From the IMG/VR virus record IMGVR_UViG_3300037471_001331: 64,000 bases of DNA. One strand, 5' to 3'. The position numbers and the translations under genes are program-made. Position 1 is the stretch's first letter. The number at the start of each line of letters is the position of its first letter. The notes beneath the pieces were generated by a model. That model was given only the letters and a program-made list of their open reading frames with translations, made no database searches and had not been told where the DNA came from. Of this stretch, positions 17,860 through 26,694 are shown piece by piece. The stretch is from an uncultured virus (IMG/VR IMGVR_UViG_3300037471_001331). Its lineage: Duplodnaviria; Heunggongvirae; Uroviricota; Caudoviricetes.

Positions 17860-18226
17860 CAACACGCTCCTCGAGCATGCGCTCGGAAAAGATGTGGATG
17901 AGGCCGGGCTCGTCGCGGTGAGCGACGGCGTAGCCAACCGCACCAGTGCCGCTGCGGTAGAAGCCGCAGACGAAGCCCGGGAAGCGATAGGCCGGGTTGT
18001 CGCCGGAGCGCTGGACGGCGGCGCCCATCGCGAACTTCAACGGGATGGGACCGCGGAGTTCCTCGAGCTCTCGAGCCATCGCCAGGAGCATGTTCGCTCC
18101 GGGCGTGGTGATAAGGTTCTGGATCCAGCCTTCGCCGTAGCGAAAGGCCTCGGCGTCGCTCGTACTGTCCTGCTGGACGATACGGTACTTGCCGTCAGCG
18201 ACGGTCACATCAAGCAGTGGTTGCAT
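17852..18226 (-). CDS. Protein with C-terminal DfrB (R67 DHFR)-like SH3-fold domain
   Basis: FAMGAAV...FPGFVCGFY...GYAV...PGLIHIF...LEE aligns by eye to R67 FGMGDRV...WQGQIVGWY...GYAV...PGSVQIY...LER. Confidence 0.65.
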   Translation of the reverse strand: MQPLLDVTVADGKYRIVQQDSTSDAEAFRYGEGWIQNLITTPGANMLLAMARELEELRGPIPLKFAMGAAVQRSGDNPAYRFPGFVCGFYRSGTGAVGYAVAHRDEPGLIHIFSERMLEERVDG

Positions 18227-18449
18227 ATCGAAGTCTCCAAAGCCCCCACAGCGACACGCCCAGGTAGAAGGCGTTGATCATCAGTGTCGGCAGGTTGAAT
18301 TGAGCGAAGAGCGACGACAGCATGAGCAGCGCCGCGACGACGTTGATAAGCAGGTAGGCCGGGCCGTCTGAGACGACCCGGCCGGTGACGAGCAGCCAGT
18401 AGTTGAGCATGCCCAGGAGCACGCCCAGGACGCCGACCGCGACGAGCAT
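18210..18449 (-). CDS. Small three-TM membrane protein (CBU_0592-like)
   Basis: Y.LIN..AA.L...SL..QFN....IN..Y...S..G pattern. Confidence 0.6.
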   Translation of the reverse strand: MLVAVGVLGVLLGMLNYWLLVTGRVVSDGPAYLLINVVAALLMLSSLFAQFNLPTLMINAFYLGVSLWGLWRLRYATTA

Positions 18450-18543
18450 CAGAGCGACGGGAAGCAGTACGCCATGACGGCGAGGACGATCAGCGCGAGG
18501 ATCGCGGTGTGGCGGGCGCCGCTAAGCTCTTGCCACCGCTCTC

Positions 18544-18960
18544 TCACCGGTTGTCCCCGGAACCGCCAAGCACCCCGCGCTCCTTACGGTCGCGCAGCTT
18601 GTCGATGTTCTCGGCGGCGATCTCGCTCAGGTTGGTGCCGAGCTCGCGAGCCTTGGCGGCGAGATACCAGAGCTGGTCGCCGACTTCCTTCCGGAGCAGA
18701 GCGCGGCGCTCAGGGGTGAGCTCGACGGTCTCACCGGTTGGAACAAGAACGGGCCGCTCGTTTAGGCGATCGTAGTCGACCTGGCGGTAGATCGGCTGGC
18801 CGAACTTGTCGTCCCGAATGGCCTTGCCGACGTGCTCGGCGAATTCGCCGGCCTCGCCGGCACCTTTCAGCGCGACATAGGACAGGCCGAGAGGTCCGCC
18901 CTGGCCGGGGTAGATCGCCATGCCGAGGGCGGCTTCTTCATATTCGGCGAAGCTATGCAT
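18544..18960 (-). CDS. MazG-like nucleoside triphosphate pyrophosphohydrolase
   Basis: GEAGEFAE...KEVGDQLWY...ENIDKL...GSGDNR. Confidence 0.9.
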   Translation of the reverse strand: MHSFAEYEEAALGMAIYPGQGGPLGLSYVALKGAGEAGEFAEHVGKAIRDDKFGQPIYRQVDYDRLNERPVLVPTGETVELTPERRALLRKEVGDQLWYLAAKARELGTNLSEIAAENIDKLRDRKERGVLGGSGDNR

Positions 18961-19526
18961 CCTGCGGCAGCTCCTGCACGAGGATGTCGGCATGAGCATG
19001 CGCGGCGAACGTCTGCTCGCTGTGCGGCGCTACGGTCGCAATCTCGCGATACTCAGCATCCGGCAGGGGGTTCAAATCAGCGTCGTAGGGATACTCGCTG
19101 ACTCGAGCGGCGTGGGCGGCGGTTTTGACGGTTACGGTGGTGGTCATGCGGTGTAATCGACCTCTTGGATGAAGATCGGCTCGAAGCTGATCTGGTGGCG
19201 TTGAAGGATGATGCGGGCGAGCGCGATCGAGCCGGCCTTGTTGATCCAGACGGCGTCGTTGCCTTGCTTGAGCTTAAGCTCGCCGCCGTCCTCGATGACG
19301 ACGTCAACATCGCCGTTGTCCTCGGGCTTGATGGTGATGCTGGTCTTGATCTCGACTGTTGCGGACATCAGTTCACTTTCTTCGGGTCGACGAGCAGAGC
19401 CTGCTTCGTCCGGAAGACGTTCGTTGCGAACCACCGCATCCGCGAGCGGATGTCGTCGTGCTTCTGCTCGAGGCGCCCGTACTCGACGGCGTCGCTGATC
19501 AGTTGATCGAGGAGTTCCTCCTTCAC
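18953..19526 (-). CDS. Three small hypothetical genes (18953-19147, 19144-19368, 19368-19526)
   Basis: Consecutive, translationally coupled ORFs with phage codon bias. Confidence 0.55.
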
Positions 19527-20077
19527 GGGCGGAGCTCCTGGTAGCGCTCGAGGAATTCGTGCTTGGCGCGGCTCCAGTGCCACTCGGAGAAGTCGAGCTT
19601 CTCGGCGAGGTGGCTGACGTCGCCGACCCAATCGAGGATCTCCCAGTTGCTGGTGTCCCAGGGCAGGAGGACCTGCTTCTCGAGCTTGAGCATGACGTCG
19701 TCGACCCAGCGGATTTCCCGCGGCAGCGGGTAGGGTGTGCCGAACTTGCGAGCCATGGAGCCCTCGATGCGCGCCTCGATCTCCTTGAAGCCGGGGATCT
19801 TCTCGACCTTGAACGGCCGCGGGATGTCGTTGGTCACGGACTCCGCGGTGTCGTGGAGCAGCGCGGCATATTCGAACCCCGGCGGCGCGATGTAGCTCGC
19901 CAGGACGCAGTGCTGCGCGACCGAATAGAAGTGCTTCACGCCGCCGGCGAAGCGGCAGACGAGGCTCAGGTGGTGAGCGATGACTTCGATCGGGACGTCC
20001 GCCGCGTCCGGGTTGTCGTAATCGAACATGACGCCCTGGTAGAGGCGGATGCCGTCCGACAGCTTGATGTTCTGCAT
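19523..20077 (-). CDS. HD-domain 5'-deoxynucleotidase (YfdR-like)
   Basis: IAHHLS..CRFAG, YSVAQH, LLHD..E motifs. Confidence 0.88.
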   Translation of the reverse strand: MQNIKLSDGIRLYQGVMFDYDNPDAADVPIEVIAHHLSLVCRFAGGVKHFYSVAQHCVLASYIAPPGFEYAALLHDTAESVTNDIPRPFKVEKIPGFKEIEARIEGSMARKFGTPYPLPREIRWVDDVMLKLEKQVLLPWDTSNWEILDWVGDVSHLAEKLDFSEWHWSRAKHEFLERYQELRP

Positions 20078-20087
20078 GTGGGCTCCT

Positions 20088-20126
20088 GAAACGAAAGGAG
20101 CCCACCAACTAATGCTGGCGGGCTCC
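20088..20126 (-). terminator. Rho-independent terminator after nrdJ
   Basis: Minus strand GGAGCCCGCCA-N8-TGGTGGGCTCC followed by TTTCGTTT. Confidence 0.6.
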
Positions 20127-20146
20127 TCCGTCTCAAGTGCCGGGCC

Positions 20147-20163
20147 GAGTGACTAGGTCACTT
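20147..20163. promoter_or_regulatory. Operator-like palindrome, copy 6 (GAGTGACTAGGTCACTT)
   Basis: Overlaps the nrdJ stop codon. Confidence 0.8.
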
Positions 20164-22491
20164 GTTGAAGTCGACCGGGCAGGCCCCGCCCGCGCAGTCG
20201 ATGTGGACCTTGTCCACGTCTTCCTCAAGCGCCTGCTTGACCGCCCGCATCCGGGCCTCGAACTCGGCCTTGTTGATCGGCTCTTCCGGCAGATATTCGT
20301 AGGCGGCGTTGTCGGCCTGGGGCATCACCGAGCAGGCCCTGATCGTCGACTGGTTCTCCCTCAGAGTTTTTTCAAAAATCTCGTAGGAGGTCACCTCGGG
20401 CTTGTATTTCAGCGTGTAGCTGATCTGCCCGCCGTGCCTCTCCTCTCCTGGCCGCGGAACGCCGGCATCCAGATAATCGGCGACAGAGCCTCCCTCGAGC
20501 CAGAAAAATTCGCCGAACCGGAGCCACTGATACTGTTCCTCCGGAGTGGCGTCACCAGCAAGGACAAGGGAATCCCCCATACCAAGGCCAGCAATAGCCG
20601 GCTCCGTAGGAAATCCGACAATAGCGTGCCCACGATATGTCTGTAGGTTTCGGCGCACGGGGTATCCCTGCGCTTCGTACTGGTCAACAAGAGGGTCGTC
20701 CTCCCTGAATTGAACCCAGCGAAGGTAGTGAGCCATCGCCGGTAGGTGCCAGCCCTCGGACAGGCCGAACAGCTTCGACGTCGTGCCGGCGGGCTTGATC
20801 GTGGTGACCGTGTGCGGCCGGTTGACGCCGAGGCGGTCGCTATATTCGAACGCCGAGCGCATCGCAGCGCGGCTCATGACGCCCTGGAATTCCCAGAACG
20901 CCGCGGCGCGGATGCCGGCCGAGGCGACCGTCAGCGCATCGGCGATGACGGCCTTGTACGGAACGTCGTGCGTGTAGGTCGCAGCGAAGTTCGCGTAGCT
21001 GGGGAAGTCCGGGTTGACGAGGTCGCGGAAGCCGACGCCGAAGAATTTCCAGGCAAACTCGTGGACCCCGGTCTGGCCGACCCCGATGCGGTTGGTCCGC
21101 TTCGTCTCCGGCCCGTAGAGGTTGTCCATCGTGTTGACCCGGATCAGGGCGCGGGCGGCGTACATCACCGCACTGATCGCCTCGTCCAGCGTCTCGGCGT
21201 GGAACGGGACGCAGTCCGCGATCACGCAATAGCCACCGTAGAGGGCGAGCGGGATCTCCCCGCACGGATTGACGATCGTCCAATGCTTCTTGGCCGAGGC
21301 TTTGCGGGCGAGGCCGTGCAGGTAGATCTGCGTGTCGCTCGCGACTTTGTAGCGCTTCGAGCCGACGAACTTGCCCTCGAGCGGGGGCTCGCCCTTCTGG
21401 GTCAATTGATCCACATTCAAGAGACCTGGCTCGCCGGTGCCGTCGCCGTAGGAGCATTCGGCGATCGCCTGGTGAACCTCGCGGGCGTGCCGCGTCAGCG
21501 GCTCGTTATAGCCGGGCTGGTCAGGGGTCAGCGCGAGACGGCGCCAATAGTCCCGGTCGACGCCCACGCTATTGTTCGACGACCACAGGAACGAGAACGG
21601 AGCGCCGTGCTTCGTCCGATACTTTATGACTTGGGTCATGGTCTTGTCGAGGAACTCGACCGGCCGCTTGATGCGGATGAAGTCGAGCACCGACTTGTCG
21701 CGCCAGCTCTTGACCGCGATGCGGGCGGCTCGGCGAGCTCCGCCGACGAGCACGGGCTCGGCAAGATAGTGGTCGACGTACATCGCCTGGAACCACCGCG
21801 GCAGGCCGGCGCCCTTCAGGGTCGCGATCTTGTGGATCGCGTTCATCAACGGGACCGGGCCCGACGAGGGGCGGTTCTGCATGCCGCCGATCGGGGCGCC
21901 CTTGGGGCGGACGTCGGTGAAGTCGAGGACGAGCAGGTCGTCGCGATAGGCCTTGGCGAAGGTCATCGTCTCGAACTTCTCGATCGCCTGGGCCCAGCCT
22001 TCGCGGCTGTCCGGAACCTTGAACCAGTGTACGTTCTCGCCGAGGCCGTATTTGTGCTTGGCGTCCCGCGCGCTCTCGTGCGCCGAGAAGTCGAAATCCT
22101 TGTGGCCCTCGTCGAGGACGCAGCGGACGTTCGGCATGTTGTCGTAGTCGACGAGCATCATGTCGTCGTCGTAGCTGCGGCCGACGCCGGAGCCGTTCAG
22201 CAGCAGATAGAAAAGGAGGAAGGACGCAGCGGCGGTCGAGCAGTTCGAGAAGACTTCCAGGTTCCGTTGGGGCTGGTTCTCGTCACCGTGCTGCAGGTGA
22301 CGGCCAGACATGAGGATCGTGGCGGCGCGAAGGTGACGGCGGAAGCCGTCATAGTCGTCGCAGCCCTTGTCCAGGAGGGTGTTCCCGAGAGCCACTCGAT
22401 CGGCGACGTCCCCCCAGGTTTCTCCAGGTCGAAGAATGGTACGGTCGGCGACAGCCTTGCCCATACCCGGGTGGAATTCGCGGGTGATCAT
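20158..22491 (-). CDS. nrdJ: Ribonucleotide reductase, class II (B12-dependent)
   Basis: FSNCS, NPCGEI, TTIKPAGT, C-terminal CAGGAC; no beta-subunit gene seen in the window. Confidence 0.88.
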   Translation of the reverse strand: MITREFHPGMGKAVADRTILRPGETWGDVADRVALGNTLLDKGCDDYDGFRRHLRAATILMSGRHLQHGDENQPQRNLEVFSNCSTAAASFLLFYLLLNGSGVGRSYDDDMMLVDYDNMPNVRCVLDEGHKDFDFSAHESARDAKHKYGLGENVHWFKVPDSREGWAQAIEKFETMTFAKAYRDDLLVLDFTDVRPKGAPIGGMQNRPSSGPVPLMNAIHKIATLKGAGLPRWFQAMYVDHYLAEPVLVGGARRAARIAVKSWRDKSVLDFIRIKRPVEFLDKTMTQVIKYRTKHGAPFSFLWSSNNSVGVDRDYWRRLALTPDQPGYNEPLTRHAREVHQAIAECSYGDGTGEPGLLNVDQLTQKGEPPLEGKFVGSKRYKVASDTQIYLHGLARKASAKKHWTIVNPCGEIPLALYGGYCVIADCVPFHAETLDEAISAVMYAARALIRVNTMDNLYGPETKRTNRIGVGQTGVHEFAWKFFGVGFRDLVNPDFPSYANFAATYTHDVPYKAVIADALTVASAGIRAAAFWEFQGVMSRAAMRSAFEYSDRLGVNRPHTVTTIKPAGTTSKLFGLSEGWHLPAMAHYLRWVQFREDDPLVDQYEAQGYPVRRNLQTYRGHAIVGFPTEPAIAGLGMGDSLVLAGDATPEEQYQWLRFGEFFWLEGGSVADYLDAGVPRPGEERHGGQISYTLKYKPEVTSYEIFEKTLRENQSTIRACSVMPQADNAAYEYLPEEPINKAEFEARMRAVKQALEEDVDKVHIDCAGGACPVDFNK

Positions 22492-22565
22492 CTGAGGTGG
22501 TTCTCCGTTTGAGGGAACCACCGGCATTAAGCGGGGGCCGGGACGTCTGTCCCAGCCCCCGGAGC

Positions 22566-22582
22566 AAGTGACTAGGTCGCTT
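22566..22582. promoter_or_regulatory. Operator-like palindrome, copy 7 (AAGTGACTAGGTCGCTT)
   Basis: One mismatch; overlaps a stop codon upstream of nrdJ. Confidence 0.75.
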
Positions 22583-23234
22583 CTAGGTGGTGGACACTGT
22601 CGAGGCGCTTGCGGATCGCCGCGCTAATGTCCTGCTTGTCGATCAGTCGATCGCGGTTGATTTCTACCGCGTCGGCTGGCGTCACATTACACCCCCATCG
22701 CGCTGTGTCGGCGTCGATGAACAGGCCGGGGTGATCGCCGCCTTGGTGGAAGTGACGCCAATGGTCACCCTCCGGGCGAATGCCGCAAGTGGCGTCCTCG
22801 GCGTAGGCCATTCGGTCAGTCCTTCGGAAGCAGGATCGAGCGGTCGATCCCATAGCGGATCAGCGCCTCTTCCTCGGCTTCGTCCGAGAGCTGGCATTGG
22901 CGTGCAAACTCGGCCTCCTCGTCGTCATCGACCCCATAGCGCGCCAGCTTCTCGTCTTTATTCATCAGTCGCCAGTCGTGCGGCTCGTCGAAGAGCGACG
23001 GCTTTGGCAGGTTTGCCGTCGTGTAACCGTCCTTGTCGCGGATCATCAGGATGCCTTCGCCTTCTTCTCGTAATGCTTGTTCAGCGCCTCGTTGATCCGG
23101 CTCACGAGCTTGACGTTCGTGGTTTCGGACCGGAGCTCCTCGAGCTCCATAACAGCACCGGCCCGAACGAGGTTTCGTTCGGACCGGCGGAGGCGCGTTG
23201 CGGCAGTGAAAAATCGGGTCAGTTGCTCAAACAT
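22572..23234 (-). CDS. Three small hypothetical genes (22572-22811, 22816-23046, 23046-23234)
   Basis: Tightly packed ORFs with SD-like sequences. Confidence 0.55.
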
Positions 23235-23740
23235 TTTGCAACCATCAGCCATTCCTCTCTCGTGAGCAAGGCTCTCAGCATCATCCGGCGAAAGTCATCG
23301 CCGCGGGTCGCTGCGATGCGCTCGAGCTGGCTCAGCTTGTAGTCGTGGGTGTAGCCGACGTTGGAGTTCTCGGCTCGTTGCGTCGCCGCCACCTGGGCGG
23401 CTTGGGTGAGTCCGGTGTCGCGCGCAATCTCGAGAGGGTGCGCGCCCGGGGCATCGCGAAGCTCGGAAACGATCTTCGCCATGCCGATGCGAAACTGCCG
23501 GCTGGCATCCGTGAGGATCTCGCGCGACGTTTCCTTGGCTGGATTATACTCGATGCCCTCCTGAGCAGCGAGACGGCGTGTCGCCTTGCGGGCGTAATCT
23601 TCTTCGATGCCTTCCAAGTCGGCGATGTGCGCGACGGAGAGACGTTCCTTCATGAACTGCACGATCCGCTGATCGCGCTCGCTCAGAAGCTGTTTACGTT
23701 GTTCTCCCCGGCTAACTTCCGACCCCGCTCCACACATCAC
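23219..23740 (-). CDS. Putative HTH DNA-binding regulator
   Basis: LSVAHIADLEGIEEDYARK and HPLEIARDTGLTQ HTH-like segments; start uncertain. Confidence 0.55.
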   Translation of the reverse strand: MMCGAGSEVSRGEQRKQLLSERDQRIVQFMKERLSVAHIADLEGIEEDYARKATRRLAAQEGIEYNPAKETSREILTDASRQFRIGMAKIVSELRDAPGAHPLEIARDTGLTQAAQVAATQRAENSNVGYTHDYKLSQLERIAATRGDDFRRMMLRALLTREEWLMVAKCLSN

Positions 23741-24068
23741 GAAGGAAGACCTCCCTATAGAATTGCTGAACCAACTGTGAGGGTGTCCCCTCCATCGTTG
23801 CCCTGAGCTGGTTGAGCAGCTGGACCTTCTTGCGGTCCTGCCTGATCTCAGCCGGCGTGAACAATTCAGCCCACGCGCGAACCAGTTCGTTGAGCACTTC
23901 GTGCAGCATCACGTCCTTCGCTTCCATATGGAGTCCCCCGAGCGGGGATTTGCTCTCATAGGAGCGCGTCATTCGCAACGCCAAATTATTTTTGTATCCA
24001 GGTCCGGTTCGATCGTTCATGACCTCCCTAACCCGAAAAGACCGAGCTTGTGTCAGCGACCCGGACAT
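23712..24068 (-). CDS. Hypothetical protein (start may be internal, MEAKD)
   Basis: ORF in a lower-GC regulatory-looking island. Confidence 0.5.
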   Translation of the reverse strand: MSGSLTQARSFRVREVMNDRTGPGYKNNLALRMTRSYESKSPLGGLHMEAKDVMLHEVLNELVRAWAELFTPAEIRQDRKKVQLLNQLRATMEGTPSQLVQQFYREVFLRDVWSGVGS

Positions 24069-24083
24069 GTGACCAGGTCACTT
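24067..24083. promoter_or_regulatory. Operator-like palindrome, copy 8 (ATGTGACCAGGTCACTT)
   Basis: One mismatch to consensus. Confidence 0.8.
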
Positions 24084-24217
24084 GCTGCATCATCTCACGG
24101 CCGCGGTCCTCCTCAGCCGCCGCGTGATCATTAACTTTTGGTCAGGTGTTGAGCGCCCCATTGACGGCGGGCGGACTCCACGGCAAGATACTTTTCCTTG
24201 CAGATTGCGGTTAAACA

Positions 24218-24610
24218 TCAAGTATTTACCGCAATTTGCGGTTTGCCGGCCGGCAGAACGATCGGCTCGCCCCGCAGGTAGGCGATCGCCGCGTCGGCGA
24301 TCTCCGGCGTCATTCGGTAGTAGACCGCGCGGCCGGCTTTCCGAACGGTGACGACCTGGCGCTTCAGCATCATGTTGAGCTTGCGCCGAGCGGTGTCCTC
24401 GCTGACTTGGCCGGCGAGGCGGTGCTCGACGTAAGCGGCCGTCACCTCCTGCTCGCTGCTGCAATAGGCCTCGAGGACCACCAGTCCGCAGGGGTAGTCG
24501 CCGAGCAATTGCGTGAGGAATATTCTTCCTGAGATCCAATGCTTGACCAGCGAGGCGTTCATTGCCCGATCCTGGTCGGCTGGGTGGGGGCCCCAGATTT
24601 TCTTCCACAT
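24218..24610 (-). CDS. Winged-HTH transcriptional regulator
   Basis: SEDTARRKLNMMLKRQVVTVRKAGRAVYYRM, an ArsR/MarR-like recognition helix plus wing. Confidence 0.7.
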   Translation of the reverse strand: MWKKIWGPHPADQDRAMNASLVKHWISGRIFLTQLLGDYPCGLVVLEAYCSSEQEVTAAYVEHRLAGQVSEDTARRKLNMMLKRQVVTVRKAGRAVYYRMTPEIADAAIAYLRGEPIVLPAGKPQIAVNT

Positions 24611-24657
24611 CTGCGAATCTCACAATAGGCATGCGCGAAGCATTGATAGGATTTTTC

Positions 24658-25449
24658 CTACAATGCAACACTTTTGTTCTTCCTTTGTTCACCCTCCTGA
24701 ACAAAGCCGCTGAGATCGGCCTTGCCCTTGGTGCCCTTCACTTTCAGGCCGACGACCACCCCCTGCGGGTCGCTCGGCCGGTAATCATGTTCATCACCGT
24801 CAATGACGGGACGATCAAGATGCGTGTCGGGTACCTTACCGAAGAAGACCGAGGCGATATTCATCCCGCGAGCCATCTCCAGGGCAACGAGGGCGCCGTT
24901 TATTTCGCTCTCGCTGAACGTAAGGTGATAGTTGGCGGGTGGTGTCCTACCCGGAATCTTCGTGTAATCATAGAAGCTTAGGTCGGGAAACAGGTCGATG
25001 ATATTGTCGGCTACCCGACCGATCTTGGCCGCAACTTCCGGGAAGAGAATGAACTTCTTCTTTTCCCACACGATGTCGCTGGTGCCGTTCAGTCGACAAG
25101 CGGGCTTCATCCCTCGACGAACGGCGGACTTGGTGTGCGCCAGGATCTCGAGCGCGAGGATGTTCATGAACAGGTTGCGGTCGGCGAAGAACAGGTTCGT
25201 CTTCTTGACCCGGGCGGTCGTCTTGCGCTCGAGGCGCGAGGGATCGCCGGCGAAGTGCAGGCAGGCCGCGGAGCATCCGGGCGAACGCTTCGGGCATACC
25301 TCGTGGCCCGACATGTTGCCGGGGGCGAGGTGGAGCACTGCGGTCAGCACTCCGATCTTCTGGTTCTTCTTGACCTTGGGGTTGGCGTCGGGCGGAGACA
25401 AAAGGGCATTGATCCCCGCCTTGCGGCGGAGAGCGGACAGTGACGTCAA
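24658..25449 (-). CDS. GP88-like protein (Cys-cluster phage protein)
   Basis: CPKRSPGCSAACL, RLNGTSD, FYDYTK, YHLTFS, DGDEHDYR, VGLKVKG. Confidence 0.8.
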   Translation of the reverse strand: MTSLSALRRKAGINALLSPPDANPKVKKNQKIGVLTAVLHLAPGNMSGHEVCPKRSPGCSAACLHFAGDPSRLERKTTARVKKTNLFFADRNLFMNILALEILAHTKSAVRRGMKPACRLNGTSDIVWEKKKFILFPEVAAKIGRVADNIIDLFPDLSFYDYTKIPGRTPPANYHLTFSESEINGALVALEMARGMNIASVFFGKVPDTHLDRPVIDGDEHDYRPSDPQGVVVGLKVKGTKGKADLSGFVQEGEQRKNKSVAL

Positions 25450-25458
25450 GAGATTTCC

Positions 25459-26607
25459 TTATTCGACGATGAAGCGCAGGAACTTGGCGCCTTGGGGGAC
25501 GCCGGTTTCGTCAAGGTTTTCGATCTCGAGCTCGGCGCGGCCCGGAAGGGGCTCGTCCGTGCTCAGGGCTTCGGGAAGCTCGACGCCGAACAGGCGTTCG
25601 TCTTCGAGCTCAAGGATCAGGCGGTGATCGCCGGCCAGCTCACGGGTCTGGTACTCGGCGACGAGCGGTTCGGATTTCTTTCCCATCCGGCCGGCATGAA
25701 CAGACGTTCACGCGGCCGGTAGGAAACATCAGGCAACCGCGTTCAACCGCGCGCCCTCGTTGACCTCCTCGAGGCGGTAGGTGGTGTCGTCGCCAGGCAT
25801 TCGGTCGTCCTTGCCGGTCCAGATGCCGACGACGCCGACGATCTGGTCGTCGTTCGCCTTGTCCAGACCGCCCGCGAGGATCTCGGCGAGACACTCGAGC
25901 GTCGGCTTCTGCTGCCACCAGCAGACCAGGTTGTGGTCGGGCTGATCGTAGTTGTTGTCGACGCTGAAGAGGCACCAGATTTTCATGCTTCCTCCGCACA
26001 TTCGCAGACGGCCTCGCCGCCGTAGAGGATGTCACCACATTCGCTGCATTCGACGTCGCTCGTGCCGTCGACGGCGAAGCCGCAGGTCTCAACGATCTGG
26101 ACCTCCGGCCGTTCGGCCTTGTTGGTATCGTTCCAGCCGTTGATGAAGAGCTCGGTCGGATCACAGGCTTCGACCAGGCGCTCCGCCTCGCGGCGCGCGG
26201 CCTGGGCGGTTGGCGCCTCGACGGTGACATTGATGAACGCTTTCACGTCAACGCGAAATTCAGGCATTAGTGTGCCCTTCTCCAGGACATTTGACGAAGA
26301 AGCCGGCGCATCTCGCGACCGGAGATTTTGTCATGGCCCGGGCCGATCCGCTGGCGAGTGCGCCAGTTCCAGCGTTGGATCCAACCCGGGGTTTCGCCGC
26401 GGCGGGTCATTCGTAGATGTCCTCCCGCGTGGTGTGGACGATCACGACGCCACGGACGAAGTCCTGGCTCACGTCCCATTCGAACTGGATGTCGTCCTGG
26501 ACGTGGAGATCGTACTGGTCGCGCAGAGCCTGCTCGACCTCGTCGATATCGAGGATACGGCGCGTTCGCGTCGTGATCTCACGGACAATCTTTGTTTCAG
26601 CCATCAA
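25459..26607 (-). CDS. Cluster of small hypothetical genes (25459-25686, 25729-25986, 25983-26267, 26407-26607)
   Basis: Consecutive minus-strand ORFs with phage codon bias. Confidence 0.6.
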
Positions 26608-26694
26608 AGTGCCTTTCGCGAAGATAGGCGGCGAAGAAGGTGCCGGATCTGCTGGGCCGAGAGGCTCTCCCAGCCGGGCAGTTCGCGGACGCGA

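Noticed and set aside
17365..22491. Z-genome or 7-deazaguanine DNA modification pathway
   Set aside because: HD and MazG genes are present, but no PurZ, QueC/D/E, FolE or DpdA homolog is recognisable in the window.
20746..22512. Long antisense ORFs in the track (also 5681-6688, 15783-17351, 29707-31836, 47141-48718, 51013-52272, 55492-57579, 59414-61015)
   Set aside because: Shadow frames of real high-GC3 genes on the opposite strand; no motifs or SD support.
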